Assembly: GCA_015233675.1 (NCBI GenBank)
Contig: JADFXH010000005.1
Location: forward strand, 80,964 to 144,963
DNA from: Candidatus Omnitrophota bacterium
GTDB lineage: Bacteria > Omnitrophota > Gorgyraeia > Zapsychrales > Fredricksoniimonadaceae
DNA: 64,000 bases
Direction of reading: 5' to 3'
The notes below the pieces were generated by a model. That model searched no databases. It was not told the origin of the DNA and saw nothing but the letters and a program-made list of their open reading frames with translations. The translations under genes were made by a program, and so were the position numbers. This document shows, piece after piece, positions 63,001-64,000 of this stretch (position 1 is its first letter; each line of letters begins with the position of its first letter).

Positions 63001-64000
63001 ATGGGAGCTTATCACAGGGATGGCCGGTTGGTTATCAAGCCATTCGAAGCGGATTATACCGACCCCGCTGATATGCAAGAGAAGATGATTATTCAGGCCA
63101 ACACACAGGATGTGTCCCTGGCGTTAGGCGAGTTGTGGTACGGGTATCTTGTCGGGCTTGGAGAAATTCAGATGGTGCCCGCGAACCGCGCGTTTGACTA
63201 TGGGTTTTCGCATGACGTTAAAGGCAAGCCGGTCAGAGACAACGGCGTTGCATTGTCCCTGAACACCGCGATCATGTGTCTTATGATCCACAAGAATCCG
63301 CGCCAACCTGTTGAACTGCGTAATAGCCGCAAGGCTATCCTGAAATCCGAACAGGGCGAATTTTTCCAGGCGGTAGGGCAGGCGTATAAAGCAATCGTCT
63401 TCCAGCTGTTCCGGGGAGGTGATTGGTATTTTGTTCGTCGGCAGTATGAGATTAAGTCAAAAACCGGACTAGATAAATTATTGCAGAACGGCAGCAGCGA
63501 TGATCGCGAGAAGAAAGATCTCAACGACAGTATCCAGAGGTCTTGTTCTTTTTATCTAAGCATACCCGAGAATAAGGAAAGGTTCGAACTTTTGCGCACG
63601 GACGATGTGGAGCGCCGGAGCATCCGATGGGCCTATAAGACGCCTTTACGCCGTATTCAGGTTAGTCTTGAAGAATCCCCTCAGGACAGCGAAATTTTAC
63701 TGCTTTCGGTCGATCTGGCGATTAATTTTGATCACATCCGCCGGGAAGCTTCTCCTGGGATAGCAGCGCTTCGTCGCAGCGAGATCCCTGTGTACCGCGA
63801 GAAAATCCCCTCACTTGTAGCTAATAATATCAGGGCGGCTCTAGAAGAGCTGACGACCAGCGATATCAAAGTGAAAAATCCATTCAAAGAATACAATGCG
63901 GTCAGGGTCGTTGTGGAGTACAAAGATGACTCAGATGAGCTGCAAACCAGAGTTGAAGGAGATACCAAAAAAGCTCCTGATTATTATATGGTTGATTTTG
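1..64000 (+). CDS. Single uninterrupted reading frame (+1) across the whole window; internal fragment (>=21,333 codons, no start, no stop) of a giant modular multi-pass membrane protein
   Basis: Frame +1 gave protein-like sequence with no stop wherever I translated (e.g. 1-1500, 2401-3060, 4246-6900, 8640-12400, 17521-20640, 29941-33200, 34978-39816, 43330-50100, 55741-64000). None of the 21 + strand ORFs in the supplied track is in frame 1 (all start at coordinates 0 or 2 mod 3), as expected if frame 1 is open at both edges and so not reported. Every recognisable enzyme motif falls in this frame. Confidence 0.93.
334..510 (+). other. Transmembrane helix cluster (2-3 helices)
   Basis: 'WAWEALFAVAYVPLALIGLGLLVVGLVNLVHGVAILGLTWKGALFFGYVLLFIANIL': long uncharged hydrophobic runs. 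Confidence 0.6.
856..978 (+). other. Transmembrane helix pair
   Basis: 'YYSWLFFSNAMLWAVSIFYFSHVVPGLWAYIPGALLLILT'. Confidence 0.55.
3103..4190 (+). other. Multi-pass transmembrane region of module A (about 8-10 helices)
   Basis: Successive hydrophobic runs, e.g. 'PIYNLLVFLFAMFLPLAPFSYIALPLILIGIQYML', 'MWSLVFTFGVLIPL', 'VQMGVALLIVLAFAPAHPLAIVTQWFFYMLPFVFIYGGF', 'TLSILGSLAGYFVNYLLFASTPLWIWLAAPWALTAIAVFV'. Confidence 0.6.
3661..4150 (+). repeat. Internal 102-aa (306-bp) duplication of a TM hairpin plus amphipathic segment
   Basis: 'LLFASTPLWIWLAAPWALTAIAVFVKELSKKEGVVKAFKESFEYFSKDEKIRG' (S-T-P at 3685) versus 'LVFVSTPLWIWLAAPLAVIFIVVLTAKIRGVEDIAKAFKQTVGYFSKDKTIDAG' (S-T-P at 3991). Confidence 0.7.
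4246..4659 (+). other. Connector module L1 (subtype b), unknown function
   Basis: 'DPTRALPGQPM' 4246-4278; 'GLIRAGPFEGFLAAV'; 'SLIHEIGAIAQFNLTDEEN' (HEIGA 4573-4587). Confidence 0.8.
4660..5541 (+). other. Guanylate-kinase-like module K1 (294 aa unit)
   Basis: 'IGLEIAKRIHNREYKEA', 'VLVNPWA', P-loop 'YSGPPGGGKG' 5062-5091, 'FHTRNIRDGEEMGKNYHYRN', 'VNGQLQGL', 'ILECGLAWFESL', 'ISPFS'. Confidence 0.7.
5542..6384 (+). other. Guanylate-kinase-like module K2
   Basis: 'VGLEIAKRIHSREYKEA'; P-loop 'YSGPPGGGKG' 5944-5973; 'FHSRNIRDGESMSKNYHYRN'; 'ILECGRSWFESL'; 'ISPFT'. Confidence 0.7.
6385..6828 (+). other. Connector module L2 (subtype c)
   Basis: 'DSSRPLPGKPM' 6385-6417; 'GLLRAGPLDGFLATI'; 'SLVHEIGAISKFNFSHEEN'. 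High nucleotide similarity to L12 (43330-43773). Confidence 0.8.
6829..7710 (+). other. Guanylate-kinase-like module K3 (882 bp)
   Basis: 'VGLEIAKRIHAGECKEA'; P-loop variant 'YSGPSAVGKK' 7231-7260; 'FHTRNIRKNEAMGKDYHYRN'; 'VLGCSLAWFEAL'. Confidence 0.65.
7711..8545 (+). other. Guanylate-kinase-like module K4
   Basis: 'VGLEIAKRIHAREVKEA'; P-loop 'YSGPPGGGKG' 8113-8142; 'FHTRNIRKGEVMGKDYHYRN'; 'ILECGLPWFESL'; 'ISPFSDDEL'. Confidence 0.7.
8640..9255 (+). other. Nudix hydrolase domain 1 (IDI-like subfamily look), intact Nudix box
   Basis: 'HYDGDWHRDVRVIMMNNRKEVLIQKRASTKDIEPGLFAESVGGH'. Nudix box 'GHSKIGETSDQNVVREIREEVGI' at 8899-8967 fits G-x5-E-x7-R-E-U-x-E-E-x-G-U exactly. Confidence 0.8.
9259..9645 (+). 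other. Connector module L3 (subtype a)
   Basis: 'DNTRPLPGKPM' 9259-9291; 'LAVKAMNAMGETDKA'; 'GRVRAGPVKGFLATT'; 'SLVHEIGAITEFNLSHKVN'. Confidence 0.8.
9745..10430 (+). other. Nudix-like domain 2 (Nudix box partly degenerate)
   Basis: 'HLDGTWHRAIAVLLVDKEGRLLVQVRSDDKKFYPGCRDSSAAGH'; box 'GHLGLTQSYIDGAIRETEEEVF' (about 10030-10095). The first Glu is Gln and the final Gly is Phe. Confidence 0.6.
10444..10830 (+). other. Connector module L4 (degenerate copy)
   Basis: 'DSSKPRAGRS' replaces D-x-x-R-x-L-P-G-Q-P-M; 'GHVRVGPMITAYGA' replaces RAGPxxGFLA; 'VLIHENNGASHQEN' replaces LVHEIGA...HEEN. Spacing is the same. Confidence 0.55.
10987..12318 (+). other. UDP-sugar pyrophosphorylase-like nucleotidyltransferase domain (UDPGP family look)
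   Basis: 'GVILVAGGTGSGLKHNGPKGTFP' (11110-11178) resembles the L-x-G-G-x-G-T-x-[LM]-x4-P-K-G signature. 'GGAGHGDAFDYV' (11461-) and 'MQFANVDNVLA' (about 11599-11631) sit in the expected order. Confidence 0.6.
12322..12738 (+). other. Connector module L5 (subtype d)
   Basis: 'DPTRALPGQPM' 12322-12354; 'GLVRAGPVEGFLATV'; 'SLIHEIGALLNFSHEQN'. Confidence 0.8.
12739..13626 (+). other. Guanylate-kinase-like module K5 (888 bp)
   Basis: 'IGLEVIKRIHSRESKEA'; P-loop 'YSGPPGGGKR' 13147-13176; 'FHTRAILPSEQMGVNFHYRS'; 'IFECGVSWFEIL'; 'ISPFS'. Confidence 0.65.
13627..14523 (+). other. Guanylate-kinase-like module K6
   Basis: 'VGMETGQRIRSREYKEA'; P-loop 'YSGPPGGGKG' 14032-14061; 'FHTRPMRSGEVMGKAYHFRN'; 'ILECGLAWFESL'. 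Confidence 0.7.
14524..14937 (+). other. Connector module L6 (subtype d)
   Basis: 'DTSRPLAGQPM' 14524-14556; 'GLVRAGPVEGFLATV'; 'SLVHEIGAVGRFERSHEEN'. Confidence 0.8.
14938..16029 (+). other. Guanylate-kinase-like module K7 with an insertion of about 70 aa after the P-loop helix
   Basis: 'IGLQVVNRIHFREGKEA'; P-loop 'YSGPPGGGKG' 15340-15369. Insertion at about 15400-15630 contains 'VFDWLMREGKLEGIAGQEG'. 'FHTREIRPKEAMGVNYHYRN'; 'VLECGMAWFEAL'. Confidence 0.65.
16030..16895 (+). other. Degenerate guanylate-kinase-like module K8
   Basis: 'VGLETGLRIHYYEYRAA'; P-loop 'LGGSPGVGKR' 16441-16470. The H-T-R motif is lost ('MFSIEGMGPNDKMGETYHFRN'); 'ILECGLSRYESL'; 'IAPFSDEEL'. Confidence 0.5.
16896..17544 (+). 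other. Unknown conserved domain X1 (about 215 aa; paralogue at 55111-55785)
   Basis: 'PLDLGQAYQSIVDRLREMGILGQGDGRISKEFVADVFANHFWHHYTG...RQVVLFHNPYEKLV...PIIGFEFKGPEGRYIKASDL' aligns colinearly with X1'. I recognise no family. Confidence 0.6.
17545..17935 (+). other. Connector module L7 (subtype a)
   Basis: 'DSTRPQPGQPM' 17545-17577; 'LAVKSMNAMEETDKAEHLLMMVREGRVRAGPVTGFLATT'; 'SLVHEIGATRTFNLTHEVN'. Confidence 0.8.
17950..18072 (+). other. Transmembrane anchor (1-2 helices) opening the GH-containing segment
   Basis: 'VAGSAVAAAFLAFMGKKNKIFSILMIGLVVVLLSSSIVIQ'. Confidence 0.6.
18127..18970 (+). other. Clan GH-A (TIM-barrel) glycoside-hydrolase-like domain 1
   Basis: Acid/base-type 'IIIELLNEANFDW' (N-E at 18451-18456) and nucleophile-type 'PFYIAEAGA' (E at 18748-18750), about 100 aa apart as in GH5-like enzymes. 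Confidence 0.5.
18971..19420 (+). other. Pro/Thr/Ala/Val-rich low-complexity linker
   Basis: 'PVASQPAAQPEEPKAETPTAPAATTANVIQLTTDKQVATAPTTAAPAVSAPTTTTPAVSVTTPAPAVT'. Confidence 0.75.
19747..20630 (+). other. Clan GH-A (TIM-barrel) glycoside-hydrolase-like domain 2
   Basis: 'KPYIIHGITL...MKEMGVNSIRMYYPP...NGMTVTVGIP'; acid/base-type 'ILMWEIGNEYN' (N-E at 20128-20133); nucleophile-type 'PVYLSEFGVN' (E at 20398-20400). The pattern is shared by GH5, GH2 and GH72-type enzymes, so I cannot assign a family by eye. Confidence 0.6.
20641..29955 (+). other. About 3,100 aa with no family I recognise (helical/coiled-coil stretches plus beta-rich stretches), probably extracytoplasmic
   Basis: Lies between the GH-A domains and the next TM helix (29956-30024). 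Asn/Gln/Lys-rich helical segments (e.g. 20760-20900, 23100-24560) alternate with Gly/Tyr/Val-rich beta-like segments (25200-29900). No P-loop or other cytosolic enzyme motifs seen. Confidence 0.4.
27241..27700 (+). repeat. Tandem 75-aa (225-bp) protein repeat, 2 copies
   Basis: 'GLHNGTYKFAPVKGKKELVLETRDGIKVGWPSKKNGDSNYQYVLRTANNTPINTLFSIPNKLGGVDF' versus 'GIHNGTYKFAVVKGKQQGVLETRAGDKIGWPSKIKGNGEPDFGFVLTTTNGTPISRMFSVPNAKGGVDF' (H-N-G at 27256 and 27481). Confidence 0.8.
29956..30024 (+). other. Transmembrane helix closing the GH-containing segment
   Basis: 'YPLLFSAGLIGLMVGLALIINLI' followed by basic 'RTIRYK'. Confidence 0.65.
30745..31080 (+). other. Transmembrane cluster (about 4 helices) of module B
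   Basis: 'VSPGLFAGLWNKFVSIF', 'LESAFILGVWVVSNIALW', 'LPVLSYFSAFASGAG', 'LLYGVLSFVVPAICALLLFVSERFIVGGLITYFANLFWL'. Confidence 0.55.
33100..34925 (+). other. Multi-pass transmembrane region of module B (more than 10 helices with two soluble loops)
   Basis: e.g. 'GIFFYDLMNYYAVPALIFFAICSVMLGMNMFGIL', 'VGMLLSVAINAFLVA', 'GVWAFVFGFMA', 'IFAGTIATVALIIGIIRLLVFLGAGWAVAGLIASGILYFVVSTVGFIGA', 'LTLTVALSLALLPLIPQLAIPALISHSLAAVAVVVSIFPVMLIILAYL', 'AFPFAGMVIAGAFLGGFWGAILFGAAMVIASVV', 'VGLPIGVALVLGMFAMLILF'. Confidence 0.65.
34978..35365 (+). other. Connector module L8 (subtype a)
   Basis: 'DPTRGLPGQPM' 34978-35010; 'LAVKAMNAIGEADKAEHLLMMVRQGRVRAGPVEGFLATT'; 'SLVHEAGAIAQFGLTHEEN'. Confidence 0.8.
35440..36135 (+). 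other. Nudix-like domain 3 (degenerate Nudix box)
   Basis: 'HRDGDWHSSVYIMIFNAEGGIILQRRGLNLQTDPGCWDGAACGH'; box 'GHTGLELDHRIAAAKETQEEVGL' (35725-35793). Position 7 is Leu instead of Glu and R-E is K-E. Confidence 0.55.
36136..36545 (+). other. Connector module L9 (subtype b)
   Basis: 'DSTRPIPGRPM' 36136-36168; 'GLIRAGPVKGFLAAV'; 'SLIHEIGATAHFNLIDKEN'. Nt 36161-36470 are almost identical to 39428-39737 (L10). Confidence 0.8.
36161..36470. repeat. Direct DNA repeat, copy 1 (partner 39428-39737, offset 3,267 bp, in frame)
   Basis: About 310 bp, nearly identical by eye. Differences seen include 'gcctgcttag' versus 'gcccgcttag' and 'aaatgaggggctt' versus 'aaggagggtctt'. Confidence 0.8.
36616..36678 (+). 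other. Transmembrane helix
   Basis: 'VFAKTMLTILVVGFLTLSMM'. Confidence 0.6.
37231..37290 (+). other. Transmembrane helix
   Basis: 'TAYAWVLGIIAASFILHLFL' followed by 'TRKERT'. Confidence 0.6.
37330..37930 (+). other. HEAT-like (PBS-lyase type) repeat domain, about 5 repeats
   Basis: 'RIQRTAITALGNRGDVRAIEPLLKQLADRSADMRRLAVEALKKLGA', 'YVQWAAVKELGQLGDKSAIDPVMEFF', 'NIQWIAAKELGELGDKSMIAPLMETI': the classic x-R-x-x-A-x-x-x-L-G-x-x-G-D-x-x-A-x-x-x-L periodicity. Confidence 0.7.
38068..38985 (+). other. Multi-pass transmembrane region (about 8 helices)
   Basis: 'CFALPSIIIAL', 'IEVALFSFAAIISLFTL', 'MLRIILVMVTLPFLSG', 'LIISSLIVFGVIGIVVLVLSGIEIL', 'IVGVPVMAFALFKVF', 'LFMLIGGAVVSLLGLGI', 'LAFFIAIVPMVFLL...LGVLLAGLL', 'GLFTCVTSTGILLTSLG', 'FVLLVLLYFVQLSMMGALFGIG'. 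Confidence 0.65.
39403..39816 (+). other. Connector module L10 (subtype b)
   Basis: 'DPARNLPGRPM' 39403-39435; 'GLIRAGPVKGFLAAV'; 'SLIHEIGAVSQFNLPDEEN'. Confidence 0.8.
39428..39737. repeat. Direct DNA repeat, copy 2 (partner 36161-36470)
   Basis: See copy 1. The two copies bracket the TM-HEAT-multiTM cassette. Confidence 0.8.
39817..40698 (+). other. Guanylate-kinase-like module K9 (882 bp)
   Basis: 'VGLEIAQRIHNREYKEA'; P-loop 'YSGPPGSGKG' 40219-40248; 'FHTREMHANEMMGRDYHFRT'; 'ILECGLAWFEQL'; 'ISPFS'. Confidence 0.7.
40699..41568 (+). other. Guanylate-kinase-like module K10
   Basis: 'IGLEIAKRIHNCEYKEA'; P-loop 'YSGPPGGGKG' 41101-41130; 'FNTRNIRRGEEMGRNYHFRN'; 'ILECGLAWFESL'. Confidence 0.7.
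41569..42201 (+). other. Connector module L11 (subtype b) with an insertion of about 73 aa
   Basis: 'DPTRALPGQEM' 41569-41601; 'GLIRAGPLEGFLAAV'. An insertion at about 41850-42075 sits between 'IVLTN' and 'HPVHRDLFERAASLVHEAGA'. Confidence 0.7.
42202..43329 (+). other. Guanylate-kinase-like module K11 with insertions
   Basis: 'VGLEIARRIHSREYIEA'; P-loop 'YSGPPGGGKG' 42637-42666; 'FHTRNIRQGEKMGVHYHYRN'. Insertion at about 42800-43030 contains 'VMKDWFTQIG...LVETGYLTKEHRFIEEF'. 'ILECGLAWFEAL'. Confidence 0.65.
43330..43773 (+). other. Connector module L12 (subtype c)
   Basis: 'DTSRPLPGKPM' 43330-43362; 'GLLRAGPLDGFLATI'; 'SLVHEIGAVSKFNFSHEEN'. Confidence 0.8.
43767..45481. repeat. In-frame tandem DNA duplication, period 882 bp; 833 bp shared with 1 mismatch
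   Basis: 43767-44599 versus 44649-45481, compared block by block by eye. The only difference I found is C at 44403 versus T at 45285 (ATC/ATT, both Ile). Confidence 0.85.
43774..44655 (+). other. Guanylate-kinase-like module K12 (882 bp)
   Basis: 'VGLEIAKRIHAREVKEA'; P-loop 'YSGPSGVGKE' 44176-44205; 'FHTRNIRKGEVMGKNYHYRN'; 'ILECGLSWFESL'. Confidence 0.7.
44656..45531 (+). other. Guanylate-kinase-like module K13 (near-identical tandem copy of K12)
   Basis: Same peptide as K12 through 'ISPF'; P-loop 45058-45087. Diverges after 45481 ('TNEELASLLQNLQARRQ'). Confidence 0.7.
45532..45945 (+). other. Connector module L13 (subtype b)
   Basis: 'DAARALPGQPM' 45532-45564; 'GLIRAGPYKEFLAAV'; 'SLIHEIGATIPFNLTDEEN'. 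Confidence 0.8.
46000..46990 (+). other. UPF0489-like domain (family of human C5orf22), tentative
   Basis: 'SVSFYCFDDHGRSVMYAMEAVARHEMPADGNIQLFLDEHSDGSP' (46234-46365) resembles the family N-terminal pattern (V-x-D/E-D-H-x-x-x-x-x-x-Y-x-A ... H-x-D-x-H-x-D). 'VFLNIDTDV' (about 46636-46662) resembles its 'LDIDLDFF' motif. Recalled from memory. Confidence 0.4.
46996..47385 (+). other. Connector module L14 (subtype a)
   Basis: 'DPARTLPGQPM' 46996-47028; 'LAVKSMNAMGEQDKAGHLLMMVREGLVRAGPVEGFLAAT'; 'SLVHEIGATARFNLSHQQN'. Confidence 0.8.
47386..48945 (+). other. Unknown region X3 (about 520 aa)
   Basis: No confident family. There is a weak resemblance to TraB/GumN/ChaN-type domains ('RPLIVIMEGGTV...' early and 'VVRDRSLASQLFRIKASCPQAVIWVTRGGLHF' at about 48040-48135, compare 'eRDxxMAxxL...vvaVvGaGH'). 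Confidence 0.25.
48946..49335 (+). other. Connector module L15 (subtype a; variant start motif)
   Basis: 'DSARSLPGETL' 48946-48978; 'LAVRSMNAMGEQDKAEHLLMMVREGRVRAGPVEGFLAAS'; 'SLVHEIGVTNIFNLSHEAN'. Confidence 0.8.
49465..50060 (+). other. 2H-phosphoesterase-like domain (LigT / cyclic phosphodiesterase superfamily), tentative
   Basis: Two H-h-[TS]-h motifs about 88 aa apart: 'PASFHMTICD' (H at 49606-49608) and 'FTGHISLAYP' (H at 49879-49881). The domain is about 200 aa. Confidence 0.5.
50068..50490 (+). other. Connector module L16 (subtype d)
   Basis: 'DHSRSLPGQPM' 50068-50100; 'GLVRAGPLEGFLATT'; 'GLVHEIGVVSLFNLSHEQN'. Confidence 0.8.
50491..51378 (+). other. Guanylate-kinase-like module K14 (888 bp; paralogue of K5)
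   Basis: 'IGLEVIKRIHARECKEA'; P-loop 'YSGPPGGGKR' 50899-50928; 'FHTREILPSEKMGVNYHYRS'; 'VFECGVSWLEEL'. Confidence 0.65.
51379..52266 (+). other. Guanylate-kinase-like module K15 (paralogue of K6; P-loop Lys replaced by Arg)
   Basis: 'VGMETGQRIRLREYKEA'; P-loop 'YSGPPGGGRS' 51781-51810; 'FHTRAMHSGEWMGRNYHFRN'; 'ILECGLAWLEAL'. Confidence 0.6.
52267..52677 (+). other. Connector module L17 (subtype d; variant start motif)
   Basis: 'DHARPLPGQPP' 52267-52299; 'GLVRAGPLKGFLATT'; 'SLVHEIGAITYFGLSHGEN'. Confidence 0.8.
52678..54012 (+). other. Guanylate-kinase-like module K16 with two insertions (paralogue of K7)
   Basis: 'IGLEVVMRIHGRECKEA'; P-loop 'YSGPPGGGKG' 53104-53133. First insertion contains 'VFDWLMENKSLEGTPGQEG' (about 53160-53400). 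'FHTRDIRAGEKMGVNYHYRS'. Second insertion at about 53590-53830. 'VLECGMAWFEEL'. Confidence 0.6.
54013..55110 (+). other. Degenerate guanylate-kinase-like module K17 (paralogue of K8)
   Basis: 'VSLETALRIHYYEDKDA'; P-loop remnant 'LLGGAPAVGRKS' (54445-54480); 'FSSRGMGKKDTMGRTYHFRN'. An insertion contains 'LIWSKLIENGYIGANG'. 'ILECGRALYNSL'; 'ISPFSEEEL'. Confidence 0.5.
55111..55785 (+). other. Unknown conserved domain X1' (paralogue of 16896-17544)
   Basis: 'PLDLGQAYQSILDRLKEKGILGEGRITKEFVADVFANHFWHNYTG...RQVILFHNPYENLV...PIIGFEFKGPAEKYIKASDL'. Confidence 0.6.
55786..56175 (+). other. Connector module L18 (subtype a)
   Basis: 'DNARPLPGQPM' 55786-55818; 'LAVKAMNAMGEEDKAEHLLMMVRAGRVRAGPVKGFLAAT'; 'SLVHEIGATSQFNLSHEAN'. 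Confidence 0.8.
56410..57120 (+). other. Xylose-isomerase-like TIM-barrel domain (DUF692/UPF0276-like), tentative
   Basis: Ordered motifs 'PSVISFHLGF', 'GDILLENLV', 'VGMLIDTSHLIVSA', 'LKEVHLTVPEY...LFDAHSP' resemble the H...E-N...D-x-x-H...H-L...D-x-H metal-ligand series of this fold. Confidence 0.35.
57178..57565 (+). other. Connector module L19 (subtype a)
   Basis: 'DASRPLPGQPM' 57178-57210; 'LAVKAMIDMKEKDKAEHLQMMVREGRVRAGPIGFILATT'; 'SLVHELGAMANFKLSHNEN'. Confidence 0.8.
57646..58400 (+). other. DUF218 (YdcF/SanA/ElyC-like) domain
   Basis: 'DFIWLFGSKFSRPAKAVARLWKTLGSSAKTRVLITGGVGRET' and 'GVDPVAILVEAQSTTTVENVLYGAKVLKKEKLCPQTIILVQEPYIQRRAKAAF' match the family pattern (LG...sGG...E..S.nT.EN.......lVT..yH..RA...F) as I recall it. 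Confidence 0.55.
60040..60560 (+). other. DUF89 (ARMT1-like damage-control phosphatase)-like core, copy 1, divergent
   Basis: 'ALNNAGKEFLAVAALTRLLQDNNKKVIFYCYPEAHMLCDVLVSE' compared with the family 'DNaGEixfDxxLixxLl..g.kVt..vk..P.iNDaT..D'. Confidence 0.3.
62740..63330 (+). other. DUF89 (ARMT1-like)-like core, copy 2
   Basis: 'VGIFLNNAGAETVLALFFAYLLLNQGFTVTLYAAVFPSVNTDVTTDEV' (62785-62928). It keeps the N-x-G-x-E and P-x-x-N-x-D-x-T-x-x-E/D spacing, but the first metal-binding Asp is Asn. Confidence 0.4.

Larger units (their letters stand above)
58600..64000 (+). other. C-terminal block with different architecture and codon usage (no connector modules); two divergent large repeats
   Basis: Paired motifs: 'VKRIYGDPFVIRGLPLEAF' (59377-59433) / 'IKKIIGDPYAVIGLPYYGL' (61636-61692), and 'GIALNNAGKEFLAVAAL' (about 60079) / 'GIFLNNAGAETVLALFF' (62788-62838). 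In-frame TTA/CTA/TCA codons are nearly absent (see findings). Confidence 0.55.

Noticed and set aside
1-64000. NRPS/PKS megasynthase or RTX/Ig-repeat adhesin interpretation of a giant modular ORF
   Set aside because: I found no adenylation (e.g. 'SGTTGxPKG'), condensation ('HHxxxDG'), ketosynthase ('DTACSS') or carrier-protein ('GxDS') core motifs. I also found no Gly/Asp nonapeptide RTX repeats or long arrays of ~100-aa Ig-like repeats. The modules are kinase-like, Nudix, GT and GH folds instead.
1-64000. Need for an alternative genetic code (stop-codon reassignment) to explain the huge ORF
   Set aside because: In the standard code frame 1 already appears free of TAA, TAG and TGA wherever I checked, and the track (apparently built with the standard code) reports no frame-1 ORFs. 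No reassignment is required.

Overview
The whole 64,000-nt window appears to be a single uninterrupted + strand reading frame (frame 1: nt 1, 4, 7...). I saw no start or stop codon wherever I translated, so this is an internal fragment of at least 21,333 codons from a giant, modular, multi-pass membrane protein. I see no rRNA, tRNA, CRISPR array, mobile element, intergenic region or second credible gene. All listed minus-strand ORFs and + frame 2/3 ORFs look like shadow ORFs of the giant frame.

Domain order read from the translation:
- Window start: glucan-synthase-like membrane module A, cut by the window edge.
- First cytosolic array: L1-K1-K2, L2-K3-K4, Nudix1, L3, Nudix2, L4 (degenerate), UDP-sugar pyrophosphorylase-like domain, L5-K5-K6, L6-K7-K8, unknown domain X1, L7.
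- TM anchor, then a roughly 4,000-aa segment that is probably extracytoplasmic. It holds two clan GH-A glycoside-hydrolase-like barrels, a Pro/Thr/Ala linker and about 3,100 aa I cannot assign. A second TM helix closes it.
- Glucan-synthase-like module B, with Fks1/callose-synthase (GT48)-like motifs.
- Second cytosolic array: L8, Nudix3, L9, a TM-HEAT-multiTM cassette, L10-K9-K10, L11-K11, L12-K12-K13, L13, UPF0489-like domain, L14, unknown X3, L15, 2H-phosphoesterase-like domain, L16-K14-K15, L17-K16-K17, X1', L18, DUF692/xylose-isomerase-like TIM barrel, L19, DUF218-like domain.
- A compositionally distinct C-terminal block with two DUF89-like repeats.

L is an apparently undescribed connector module of about 130 aa (19 copies; D-x-x-R-x-L-P-G-Q-P-M ... 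RAGPxxGFLA ... HEIGA). K is a guanylate-kinase-like module of about 294 aa (17 copies, none with a canonical GK[S/T] P-loop).

The DNA carries recent in-frame duplications, a large internal segmental duplication and mosaic, gene-conversion-like identity between connector copies. All family assignments come from motif recognition by eye and need HMM or structure confirmation. Boundaries are approximate (about +/-30 nt).
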